From NCBI GenBank assembly GCA_964242335.1, contig CAXTAY010000003.1, positions 105,069 through 169,068 of the forward strand: a DNA stretch of 64,000 nucleotides. Direction: 5' to 3'. Every line of letters starts with the position of its first letter. The stretch's first letter is position 1. The position numbers were made by a program, and so were the translations under genes. The stretch comes from an uncultured Acetobacteraceae bacterium. GTDB taxonomy: Bacteria; Pseudomonadota; Alphaproteobacteria; Acetobacterales; Acetobacteraceae. The notes under the pieces are model-generated. The model saw nothing but the letters and a program-made list of their open reading frames with translations, was not told the DNA's origin and did no database searches. Below are positions 1 through 8,451 of this stretch, in pieces.

Positions 1-245
1 GCATGAGAGCCTCTAACCGGTTGGGCGCCGTGCCGGACGTCGCCGCATGTAACACCGAACATCGCGCCGAACAGTGCCGGAAGACGCAGGTTAGCCGCTG
101 ATGCCGTACGGTCAATCACGGAGCCGCATCCGCCCGCCTACTGTTCAGCAGGGTGCGCCTGCGCTAGACGACCCTCCTCCATCGCGGTCTGGGAAATCAG
201 GACAGCAGGGTTCATCATGATCGTCTCGTCGCCTTGGCATCGTCG

Positions 246-1484
246 ATGAAAATCCTTTTCGCCTTCGAGAACGTCTTACCCAGTGACGAGGCGGACGCCG
301 AGGTCTTCGTAACGACCGCACGATATCTCGCGCCGCTGTCGTCGCGATCCTGGCTCCACGTGCCGCTGCCGGCCAGCACCGCTCCCGCCGCGGCCGCGGC
401 GCTGGCCGGCTTGCCGATCGTACGTGCCTATGCACCGGTGCGGCCCGCGGCATTGAGACATCTATGCTGCGGGCTGACCCTGGTCATGCGCGCGGAGTAC
501 TGGCAGGCCGACCTCGTCTATACGCGCAACCTCTGGGTCGCCTGGATGGCGATGCTGTTCGGAAAGCCCGTCGCGTTCGATCATTACCGCCCGTGGCCGG
601 ACCAGATCCCACCGCTCCAGCTCTGGATCTATCACCTCATCTGTAACAAGAGGTTTCTGATCAACATCTGTCACTCCGACTATACGAGAAAAAAATACCT
701 GAGCCTCGGCGTTCCGGAGAGCAAGCTGCGCTGCGTCCACAACGGATATGAGCCACAGCGTCTGGTAACGCCGCTCCCGGTGGAAGCCGCCAAGCGGGCG
801 ATCGGCGTGCTCGATGGAAGGAGAACGGTCGTCTATACCGGACGGCTCAATCACAAGAAGGGCCTCGCCCTGGTGATCGAGGCGGCGCGGCGACTACCGG
901 ATCTCGTGTTCATCCTGGTCGGCTCGTACGGCGAGGGCCCGATCGAGACGATGGCAAGCCCGGTCGCCAACGTCAGGATCGTCCGTTGGCAATCGCCGGA
1001 GATGTTGCCCCAGTACATCTTCGCGGCCGATGTCCTGCTGATCCCACCTTCCTGGAAGCCGCTCGCCGCGTTCGGCTCGACGGTGCTGCCGTTGAAGCTG
1101 TTCTTCTACATGGCCTCGGGCCGACCGATCCTCGCCGGCGCCACGCCCGACGTACGAGAGGTCCTGAGACATGACGAGAATGCCTTCCTCTGTATCCCGG
1201 ACTGTCCGGACTCGCTGGTCGACGGGATCACCGCGCTGACGCAGGACACGATGCGCGCGAAGCGGCTCGCCGCGACGGCGCTGTCGGAAAGTCGGGATTT
1301 CACCTGGCAGGCTCGGGCGCACAGGATCGTCGATATCCTCGCCGACCGGCTCCGCTCGGGGTCGTCGGAGCCCGGCCACTGGGGCGCCGTGCAGGGCCGC
1401 ACCTGGATGTGGCAGTCCTGGCGCTGGCTGGTGTATCTGATCCGCGCCAGATCCTGGGTTCTGCCCCCGGCTGAGGCCGACTAG
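246..1484 (+). CDS. Glycosyltransferase, family 4 (GT-B fold)
   Basis: ORF 234..1484. The ATG at 246 gives MKILFAFENV, a typical GT4 N-terminus. The C-terminal half looks like a GT-B donor-binding region (GRLNHKKG...LLIPPSW...KLFFYMASGRPILA). Confidence 0.8.
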   Translation: MKILFAFENVLPSDEADAEVFVTTARYLAPLSSRSWLHVPLPASTAPAAAAALAGLPIVRAYAPVRPAALRHLCCGLTLVMRAEYWQADLVYTRNLWVAWMAMLFGKPVAFDHYRPWPDQIPPLQLWIYHLICNKRFLINICHSDYTRKKYLSLGVPESKLRCVHNGYEPQRLVTPLPVEAAKRAIGVLDGRRTVVYTGRLNHKKGLALVIEAARRLPDLVFILVGSYGEGPIETMASPVANVRIVRWQSPEMLPQYIFAADVLLIPPSWKPLAAFGSTVLPLKLFFYMASGRPILAGATPDVREVLRHDENAFLCIPDCPDSLVDGITALTQDTMRAKRLAATALSESRDFTWQARAHRIVDILADRLRSGSSEPGHWGAVQGRTWMWQSWRWLVYLIRARSWVLPPAEAD

Positions 1485-1523
1485 GGCCGCAACCGGACGC
1501 ATATCCGTCGCGAGCGCCAGCGC

Positions 1524-2963
1524 ATGGACAGCTATCACCGACGTCTCGGCCGCGGCTTCAACTGGCTCGGTGGTGCTACGGTCATCGCCAAGGTCATCGA
1601 CTTCTCGACGATCCTGGTGATGCTGCTTTACCTGACCAAGCAGCAGGTCGGTGTCGCCTCGCTCGTCGTCTCGTTCGGCATGATCATCGAGGCGCTGAAC
1701 GGACTGGGTATCAGCGAGGCACTGATACAGGTCCGGTCGGTGACCCGACTGCAGCTCGACACGTTGTTCTGGTACGTCGTCGGGGCGGCCCTGACGGTGA
1801 GCACGCTCACCCTGCTCGCGGCGCCCTGGATCGAGGCGGCGTACGGCGTATCCGGGATGGCCCGGTATCTTCTCGTCATCGCGGTCAAGCAGCCCCTCGT
1901 CGGCGTCGCGTTGATCCCGCTGGCGATCATGAACAGGGAGCTGCAGTACGGACGCATCGCGACCGTCAACGTGTTCGCGACACTGGCCGCGGCGCTGACC
2001 CGGCTCGGCCTCGCGGCCGCCGGAGCAGGGGCGTGGGCGCTGGTCGTCGGATATTCGGCGAGCGGCCTCTACATACTGATCGGCGCGCTGCTGGCCCGCC
2101 CGTTTCGGCCGCGACTGCGCTGCCAGCTCTCGACCATACGGCCGCTGATCCGCTTCGGGACACGTGCCGTCGCGGCGAACCTGGGCGAGCAGATCTTCAA
2201 GAACATGGACTACCTGTTGATCGGGTGGTTCTACGGTCCGTCACAGCTGGCGGTGTATCGGGTCGCGTTCGATGTCGCCATGGAGCCGGCGATGGCGGTC
2301 GGCACGCTGGTCAGCCGCACGGCCCTGCCGGTGTTCGCGCGCCTCTCGGCGGTCAGGCAGCAGCTCGGGCAGATCTTCACCTGGTCGCTGCGCCGGATCG
2401 CGATCCTGGTCGCGCCGCTGATGGTGGGCCTGATGCTCGTCGCCGACCCGCTGACCGCCCTGCTTCACGACGATCGGGGCAACAGCTACGCCGCCGCGGC
2501 GGTGCCGCTCAAGCTGCTGGCCGCCGCCGCGTTGCTCCGGGTGACGGTGCAGCTCCTGTCGGCCGTCATGATGGGGACGGGGCGACCCGGCATCGCAGCC
2601 GGCCTCTCCTTGACGACGCTGCTGTCGTTGAGCCTGGGCATCCTGGTCGTCGGCTTCACGCTCCCGGCCCAGAGCGGCATCATCGCCGTCGCCGCGATCT
2701 GGTTGGGCATCTATCCGGTCCTGCTGCTCTGGGGATCGCGCTACCTGAGGGTGCATCTGAGCATCGCCGCCGCCGAACTCGCGCATGCCTTCAAGCTGCC
2801 CCTCGTCGGCATCGGCATCATGGTCACGGGCACGGAGGTGATCCGCCACCTGACCGCCGGCAGCGGTCCCAGGATCCAGATCGCCGTCGTCGTGCTGATG
2901 GTGACGCTGACCTATGCCGGCCTGTTCCTGCACGGCCGCCACCGACCCGAACCGGCACCGTGA
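1524..2963 (+). CDS. Polysaccharide/oligosaccharide flippase (MOP superfamily, Wzx-like)
   Basis: ORF 1524..2963, 479 aa. It is hydrophobic throughout with about 12-14 TM-like segments, and the N-terminus (FNWLGGATVIAKVIDFSTILVMLLYLTKQQVG) is typical of polysaccharide biosynthesis (Wzx/RfbX) proteins. Confidence 0.8.
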   Translation: MDSYHRRLGRGFNWLGGATVIAKVIDFSTILVMLLYLTKQQVGVASLVVSFGMIIEALNGLGISEALIQVRSVTRLQLDTLFWYVVGAALTVSTLTLLAAPWIEAAYGVSGMARYLLVIAVKQPLVGVALIPLAIMNRELQYGRIATVNVFATLAAALTRLGLAAAGAGAWALVVGYSASGLYILIGALLARPFRPRLRCQLSTIRPLIRFGTRAVAANLGEQIFKNMDYLLIGWFYGPSQLAVYRVAFDVAMEPAMAVGTLVSRTALPVFARLSAVRQQLGQIFTWSLRRIAILVAPLMVGLMLVADPLTALLHDDRGNSYAAAAVPLKLLAAAALLRVTVQLLSAVMMGTGRPGIAAGLSLTTLLSLSLGILVVGFTLPAQSGIIAVAAIWLGIYPVLLLWGSRYLRVHLSIAAAELAHAFKLPLVGIGIMVTGTEVIRHLTAGSGPRIQIAVVVLMVTLTYAGLFLHGRHRPEPAP

Positions 2964-2982
2964 TCGGCGGCGCAGATCGCGG

Positions 2983-3966
2983 TCAGTGCGCGCCGGCCTT
3001 GGACGGGACCTGACTGCCGCGATAGCGATCGAACATGCTCATCTGGTGCACGCAGCTCAACGTGCAGGTCGGGCTGCAGGACTTCTCGGCGTGAAACTCG
3101 CGGCGGATATCCTCGCGCGTGTAGTCGAGCAACGGAATGCCCGGATAGCCGCGCTGCTGGGAACACCAGTGAACCTTCCCGTCCTCGGCGACGTACAGGT
3201 AGCGCGCACCCGCACGACACTTCCAGTCGTTGGTCTGGCCGTGCATCAGGTTCTTCTGGAACAGCCAGTAGTTCAGGCTGTGCACGATAGACGGCGAGAT
3301 CTTGGTGACCTGCGTGTAGGCCCGCAGCTGCTCCGCACTGAGCGGCCGCAACATGCCGGTGTGATCATGCAGCACCCCGACGGAATGCTGCAGACCATAC
3401 TTGGCCGCGGTCCTCGCCACCGTCACGACGTCCTGGGTGCGCTCGTTGGTGACCCCGAGCACGGAATTCACGTTCACCTTGAAGTGCGCATGCTTCGACA
3501 GCAACTCGAGCTTGTTCTCCACCGAGGCCAGGCTCTTCATCGACACATCATCGGGCTTGAGGTTGTCGATGCTGATCTGCATGCCCTGGAGGCCCGCCGC
3601 GTTGAGCCGCTCGATCCAGTTCCGGGTCAGCCGGAAGCCGTTGGTGATCATGGTGACGATCATGCCATGGTCCCGGGCGGCCCGGATCGCCTGATCGAGG
3701 TCGGGATGAAGCAGCGGCTCTCCGCCGGTGAAGGTGATCGATGCGGTTCTCAGGCCTGCGAGGTGGTCCACCCAGGTGAGGAGGTCCTGCAGCGGCACCG
3801 GCGGCGAGACGCTGTCATACTCGTTGCAGTATCCACATGAGAGATTGCAGCGCCGCGTGACGACGACCTGAGCCAGCAGCGGGTTGTAGCGCGAGCCGAT
3901 CGCACGCGCCAGGAAGCGTGCCCCGGAGACGAGGTTTCCTTTCTGCGCGGAGGTGCTGCTACTCAT
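2983..3966 (-). CDS. Radical SAM protein with a Cys-rich (SPASM/twitch-like) C-terminus
   Basis: This is the C-terminal 327 aa of ORF 2983..4566, starting at the ATG at 3966 (MSSSTSAQKGN). It carries the CxxxCxxC motif VVTRRCNLSCGYCNEY and a GGEPLL SAM-binding motif. C-terminal cysteines are present (WKCRAG...HWCSQQ...KSCSPTCTLSCVH). The upstream 200 aa of the long ORF is Cys/Arg/Ser-rich shadow frame overlapping the next gene. Confidence 0.85.
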   Translation of the reverse strand: MSSSTSAQKGNLVSGARFLARAIGSRYNPLLAQVVVTRRCNLSCGYCNEYDSVSPPVPLQDLLTWVDHLAGLRTASITFTGGEPLLHPDLDQAIRAARDHGMIVTMITNGFRLTRNWIERLNAAGLQGMQISIDNLKPDDVSMKSLASVENKLELLSKHAHFKVNVNSVLGVTNERTQDVVTVARTAAKYGLQHSVGVLHDHTGMLRPLSAEQLRAYTQVTKISPSIVHSLNYWLFQKNLMHGQTNDWKCRAGARYLYVAEDGKVHWCSQQRGYPGIPLLDYTREDIRREFHAEKSCSPTCTLSCVHQMSMFDRYRGSQVPSKAGAH

Positions 3967-4117
3967 CGGTCGTGGATGCTCTGCGGAATGCGGGTGGCTC
4001 TGGTAGCATCTGCGGTGGCCGGAAGGAAGTTCCGCCGCCGACGCGGTCCTGGCCGGCGGTGCATCGGTGCGGCTCGAGCCTCCCGGCCGGATCACTCGGA
4101 CATCGCCGCGGCCGCCC

Positions 4118-5299
4118 TCAATCCCGTGCCTGGAGCTCACGAGGCCGGCATCGTGCACTTCCCCGTCTGCGGCTCGACAGCACGGCGTCGTAGAACGCTT
4201 CCAACTGCTCGCCCTGTCGGCGCAGGTCGAACTGCCGCTCGACGAAAGCCCGCGCCTGCACGCCCATGCGAAGCCGCGTTTCCGGCTGGTCGAGCAGATC
4301 GTTGATGCGCCCGGACAACGCGTCGACGTCACGTTCGGGCACCAGGAATCCAGTGTGGCCGTCGACGACGCCCTCGGGGATGCCGCCGACGCGCGAGGCC
4401 ACCACCGGCACCCCGGTGGCTGCGGCTTCGAGCAGCACCATGCCCAGGCCCTCGACCCTGCCCGTGATCGTGTGCACGCTGGGCAGCACCAGCATCGCGG
4501 CGCCGCGCATCCGGGCGACGACCTGCGCGTGCGGCAGCGCCCCGAGGAACTGCACGCGTGGCTCAAGCTGCAGCGTCTTCGTCAGCGCACGCAGCGAGCG
4601 GCGCAGCGGCCCGTCGCCGATGATGACCAGGTTGAAACCGGGATGCCGCCGTGCGACGGCCGCGAACGCGCGTATCAGATACTGGGTGCCCTTCATGTCC
4701 ACCAGTCGGGCGACGTGGAGCAGCGTCGGCGTCTCCTCGCTCGGATCACGTGGCTGGATCGCCCGGCAATCCACGCCGGTGTAGTGGACGCGGGTCAGTT
4801 CCGCGGGAAACCCCATTGCCAGGACCCGGCTGCGGATGAACGACGAGACGCAGAGGAACAGATCTCCCTCCCGGGCGAGGCGGCGCCGAAACAGCGGGTA
4901 ATTCGCCCAGGCCGGCGAACAGAGCAGGGCGGCGGTCGACAGCGTCGCGTCGAAGCCGTGGAACGTGGTGATCAGCGGCACGCCGAGCCTGCCGGCGAGC
5001 GGCAGCGCATAGACACCATCGACGCCGAAATGGGCATGGATGAGTGACGGCCGGTTCTCTCCCAGCAGCCGCTGATAGGGTCGGGCGGTTCGCGTGACCA
5101 TCTGCCAGCCGATGCGCGGCAGTGACCAGCGGGAGCCGAGATCCTGCAGCGCGAGCGACTGCGCTCCTGCCGGCGGGTCGCCGAAGCGCAGCCTTCCCAG
5201 ATAGAGCGGACGGTGGCGCCGCAGTTGCTGCGCCTGCTGCGTGATGAACGGCTCCGATATCCTGAAAAGGTTCTGACGGAAGATCGCAACCTGACGCAC
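4118..5299 (-). CDS. Glycosyltransferase, family 4 (GT-B fold)
   Basis: ORF 4118..5299, 393 aa, with GT4 hallmarks (HAHFGVDG...; VARLVDMKG...IIGDGPLR...VLPSV...EGLGMVLLEAAATGVPVVASRVGGIPE). Confidence 0.85.
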   Translation of the reverse strand: MRQVAIFRQNLFRISEPFITQQAQQLRRHRPLYLGRLRFGDPPAGAQSLALQDLGSRWSLPRIGWQMVTRTARPYQRLLGENRPSLIHAHFGVDGVYALPLAGRLGVPLITTFHGFDATLSTAALLCSPAWANYPLFRRRLAREGDLFLCVSSFIRSRVLAMGFPAELTRVHYTGVDCRAIQPRDPSEETPTLLHVARLVDMKGTQYLIRAFAAVARRHPGFNLVIIGDGPLRRSLRALTKTLQLEPRVQFLGALPHAQVVARMRGAAMLVLPSVHTITGRVEGLGMVLLEAAATGVPVVASRVGGIPEGVVDGHTGFLVPERDVDALSGRINDLLDQPETRLRMGVQARAFVERQFDLRRQGEQLEAFYDAVLSSRRRGSARCRPRELQARD

Positions 5300-5429
5300 G
5301 CGTGCTCTCTGTCCGCCGCAGCAAGCCGATCGGTCAATACCACGAGGACGATGATGTCAATGACCGACCGCTTCACCCGTCGGTCCGGCGGCGGCCGCAT
5401 CCGAGCCTGACGTCGCCGGGATCCCAGCC

Positions 5430-5446
5430 CGAAACCATTGGTTTCG
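5430..5446. promoter_or_regulatory. Candidate operator palindrome in a divergent promoter region
   Basis: CGAAACCA-T-TGGTTTCG has perfect 8-nt arms and lies in the 281-nt gap between divergent glycosyltransferase genes (5299 minus / 5581 plus). About one such palindrome is expected by chance in 64 kb, so this is weak. Confidence 0.2.
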
Positions 5447-5580
5447 CACGCTTTCGCTAAAGCAAACGGACCCGGGCGCGGTGTCGCCGCCGGTCGGACA
5501 GCGGCCCCGCGATTGGACTTCGAGGGTGCGCTCCTATAGCTTGCCCCTGCCGCATTGCACCGCCATCAGGCCGAAGCTCC

Positions 5581-6549
5581 ATGACGATACCTGCCCGACT
5601 GCATTTCTGCCTGATCGGGACGAGCCTACCCTGGGCCTACGTGTTCGCAGTGCTCTCCGCCGCCGAACGGAGCGGGCTTTCCGAAATCGTGCTTCATCAC
5701 ACGGATCTGATTGAGGATGGCGAAGCGTTGCGTGCGCTGAAAGGCGCACCTCGGGTGTGCCTGTCTCCCGTCGAACCCATGAGCTTCCTGACGCAGACGG
5801 GGCAGATGCTCGGGCTGGGCGACCGGCTGGCGCTGCTCTACCGCGGTCTGGCGAGTCCGGTGATCCGGTCCGATATCCTGCGGGTGGCGATATTGTACGC
5901 CCACGGGGGGATCTATCTCGATCTGGACACCGTGACCGTCGCCTCACTGCTTCCGCTGACCGGAGTGCCGCAGTTCGTCGGTTCCGAGTTCATCGTCTGG
6001 CCGCACTTCGTGCGGATCTCGCGATCGCCCACGTTATGGGCGCGTCATCTCGCCCTCGACCTGCTGCGCAAGGCGCTCCGCAAGATACCCCACGGCTGGC
6101 AGGCATTCAGGAAGATAGAGAGGCTCTACTCCCTGCACGTCAATAATGCGGCGATGGGAGCCGAGGCGAACTCGAGCCTGTTCTCGTCCTACCTGCACGC
6201 GATGCTGGACCTGTCGCCGGAACGTCAGATGCAGCGCTACGCCCTGGGGCCGAAGCTGCTTCAGGAGGTGGTCCAGCACCATCGGCCCGATGACCTGACC
6301 ATCCAGGAGCCGCAGGTATTCTACCCGCTGCCGCCGGAGATCTCCGAGCACTGGTTCCGACCGGTGCGCGTCGTGCGGCTGGACGAGGTGCTGTCGACGC
6401 AGACGCGCGTCGTGCATTGGTATGCGTCGGTTCGCACCAAGCCGCTGGTGGCCCAGATCAGCCCGGGATATGTGAGGCAGCATCGAGAACGGCAATTGTA
6501 CAGCGCGCTGGTATGTTCATGTATTGACGAGCTACCGGAAGCGGCATGA
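5581..6549 (+). CDS. Glycosyltransferase with DXD sugar-binding region (Och1/Sur1-like, Gly_transf_sug type)
   Basis: ORF 5581..6549. The motif SDILRVAILYAHGGIYLDLDTV matches the conserved block (sD.lRy..Ly..GGiYlDlD) of the DXD-containing mannosyltransferase family. Confidence 0.8.
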   Translation: MTIPARLHFCLIGTSLPWAYVFAVLSAAERSGLSEIVLHHTDLIEDGEALRALKGAPRVCLSPVEPMSFLTQTGQMLGLGDRLALLYRGLASPVIRSDILRVAILYAHGGIYLDLDTVTVASLLPLTGVPQFVGSEFIVWPHFVRISRSPTLWARHLALDLLRKALRKIPHGWQAFRKIERLYSLHVNNAAMGAEANSSLFSSYLHAMLDLSPERQMQRYALGPKLLQEVVQHHRPDDLTIQEPQVFYPLPPEISEHWFRPVRVVRLDEVLSTQTRVVHWYASVRTKPLVAQISPGYVRQHRERQLYSALVCSCIDELPEAA

Positions 6550-6592
6550 TCCGCGGCAGATGAATTCGATCAACGGAATAAGGTAAATAGAG

Positions 6593-7738
6593 ATGGTCAA
6601 AGGCAAGATCCGCATCGCGATCGTAGGTGTGGGGAACTGCGCGAGCGCGCTGATCCAGGGCATTCACTACTACACGCCCGAGCGCTGCCGCGAGGGCGTC
6701 GTGGGTTTGATGCACACCGAGATCGGCGGCTATCTGCCGTGCGACATCGAGGTGGTCGCGGCCTTCGACGTCGACGTCCGCAAGGTCGGCTCGGACCTCA
6801 GTCACGCCATCTTCTGCAAGCCGAACTGCACCCGCGTCTTCCAGCGCGACATCCCCAAGGCCGGCGTGACCGTCCGCATGGGGCAGGTGCTGGACGGCAT
6901 TTCCGAGCATATGGGCGACTACGCCGACGACCGCACGCTGATCCGCTCCGAGGCGAGGGAGCTCACCAAGGCGGAGATCGTCGACGAGCTCAGGCAGAGC
7001 GGTGCCGAGATCCTGTTGAACTACGTCCCGGTCGGATCGGAGGAAGCCGCGCGCTTCTACGCGGAGTGCGCGCTCGATGCGGACATCGCGTTCATCAACA
7101 ACATGCCGGTGTTCCTCGCCAGCAACGAGGCGGTCGCGGAGAAGTTCAGGGCACGCAACCTGCCGATCATCGGCGACGATATCAAGTCCCAGCTCGGCGC
7201 CACCATCGCGCACCGCGTGCTGACCGACCTGTTCGCCAAGCGCGGCGTCAAGCTGCTCAGGACCTACCAGCTCAATACCGGCGGCAACACCGACTTCCTC
7301 AACATGAAGAACCAGGAACGCCTGCTGTCGAAGAAGACATCGAAGACCGAGGCGGTGCAGTCGGTGGCCAAGAAGCGTATTGCCGACGACAACATCCATG
7401 TCGGGCCGAGCGACTACGTGCCGTGGCAGAACGACAACAAGGTCTGCTTCCTCAGGATGGAAGGGCATCTGTTCGGCGATACCCCGATGGAGCTGGAACT
7501 CAGGCTCTCGGTGGAAGACTCGCCGAATTCCGCCGGCGTGGTGATCGACATGATCCGGTGCTGCAAGCTGGCGCTGCAGAACGGCGTCGGGGGTGTGCTC
7601 GAGGGTCCCAGCGCCTATTTCTGCAAGCATCCGCCGAGGCAGTTCACCGACGACGAAGCATACAAGATGGTAGAGGCCTTCATACGCACGCACACCGCGG
7701 AGCTCTATCCGATGCTCGAGGTGCCTGCCACCCTATGA
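6593..7738 (+). CDS. ino1: myo-Inositol-1-phosphate (inositol-3-phosphate) synthase
   Basis: ORF 6593..7738, 381 aa, with a Rossmann N-terminus IAIVGVGNCASALIQG plus the NTGGNTDF and SKKTSKTE blocks typical of bacterial/archaeal MIPS. Its stop overlaps the next start (ATGA at 7735-7738). Confidence 0.92.
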   Translation: MVKGKIRIAIVGVGNCASALIQGIHYYTPERCREGVVGLMHTEIGGYLPCDIEVVAAFDVDVRKVGSDLSHAIFCKPNCTRVFQRDIPKAGVTVRMGQVLDGISEHMGDYADDRTLIRSEARELTKAEIVDELRQSGAEILLNYVPVGSEEAARFYAECALDADIAFINNMPVFLASNEAVAEKFRARNLPIIGDDIKSQLGATIAHRVLTDLFAKRGVKLLRTYQLNTGGNTDFLNMKNQERLLSKKTSKTEAVQSVAKKRIADDNIHVGPSDYVPWQNDNKVCFLRMEGHLFGDTPMELELRLSVEDSPNSAGVVIDMIRCCKLALQNGVGGVLEGPSAYFCKHPPRQFTDDEAYKMVEAFIRTHTAELYPMLEVPATL

Positions 7739-8451
7739 AATGCCTCATCGTCGCCGCCGGACAAGGTGCTCGGTTGCGAGAGAAGCTCGAGCTCAAACCG
7801 CTGATCCCGATCAAGGGCATCCCGCTCATCGAGCACGTGATCGATCGCGGCCGCCGGGCCGGCATCGATGAGTTCCTGGTCGTCAGCGGCTACCGGGGAG
7901 AGGAACTGCGCGAGGCGCTCGATGCGTTCTCCACCAGGGAAGGCGTTCCTGTCGGCCATATCATCAACGAGGAGTGGGACCGCTCCAACGGGGTCTCGGT
8001 GCTCAAGGGCAAGCCCTATCTCGACGCGCCCTTCCTGTTGATGATGTGCGATCACATCGTCGATCCGGAGCTGCTCCGCGGCGTGATGGCGGCTCCGATC
8101 GAGCCGGGCACCGTGATCCTGGCGGTCGATTTCAACATCCACAGCTCGATCAACGACCTGGAGGACGTCACGCGCGTGAGATGTTCCTCCAGCCGGATCG
8201 AGCATGTCGGCAAGCTGATCGCCGACTTCAACGGCTTCGACACGGGCGTGTTTCTCTGCACTCCGATCATCTTCGAGGCCCTGGAGCAGAGTCAGGCTGC
8301 CGGAGACGAAAGCATCTCCGGTGCCATGAACGTGCTCGCGCGGTGGGAGAGGGCGCACTTCCTCGACGTGCAGGACAAGCTCTGGATCGACGTCGACGAT
8401 GCGGTCGCCTTCGCCAAGGCCGAGAGGTTGCTCGAGCTGGGACGGCTGTGA
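7735..8451 (+). CDS. Nucleotidyltransferase (candidate CTP:inositol-1-phosphate cytidylyltransferase, IPCT-like)
   Basis: In-frame ATG at 7735 within ORF 6739..8451. The start MKCLIVAAGQGARLREKLELKPLIPIKG is the G-x-G-x-R-(L) NTP-transferase loop. The gene is 238 aa and has 4-nt overlaps with both neighbours. Confidence 0.85.
   Translation: MKCLIVAAGQGARLREKLELKPLIPIKGIPLIEHVIDRGRRAGIDEFLVVSGYRGEELREALDAFSTREGVPVGHIINEEWDRSNGVSVLKGKPYLDAPFLLMMCDHIVDPELLRGVMAAPIEPGTVILAVDFNIHSSINDLEDVTRVRCSSSRIEHVGKLIADFNGFDTGVFLCTPIIFEALEQSQAAGDESISGAMNVLARWERAHFLDVQDKLWIDVDDAVAFAKAERLLELGRL

Noticed and set aside
1-120. A minus-strand frame stays open from a GTG at 120 to the window edge (VIDRTASAANLRLPALFGAMFGVTCG...), possibly the start of a lipoprotein or membrane protein gene.
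   Set aside because: Only about 40 codons are visible, with no SD sequence and no homology signal. That is too little to call.
3967-4566. The N-terminal 200 aa of the 527-aa ORF containing the radical SAM protein.
   Set aside because: This stretch is Cys/Arg/Ser/Trp-rich nonsense that overlaps the 3' end of the GT4 gene in another frame. The radical SAM homology begins just after the internal ATG at 3966.
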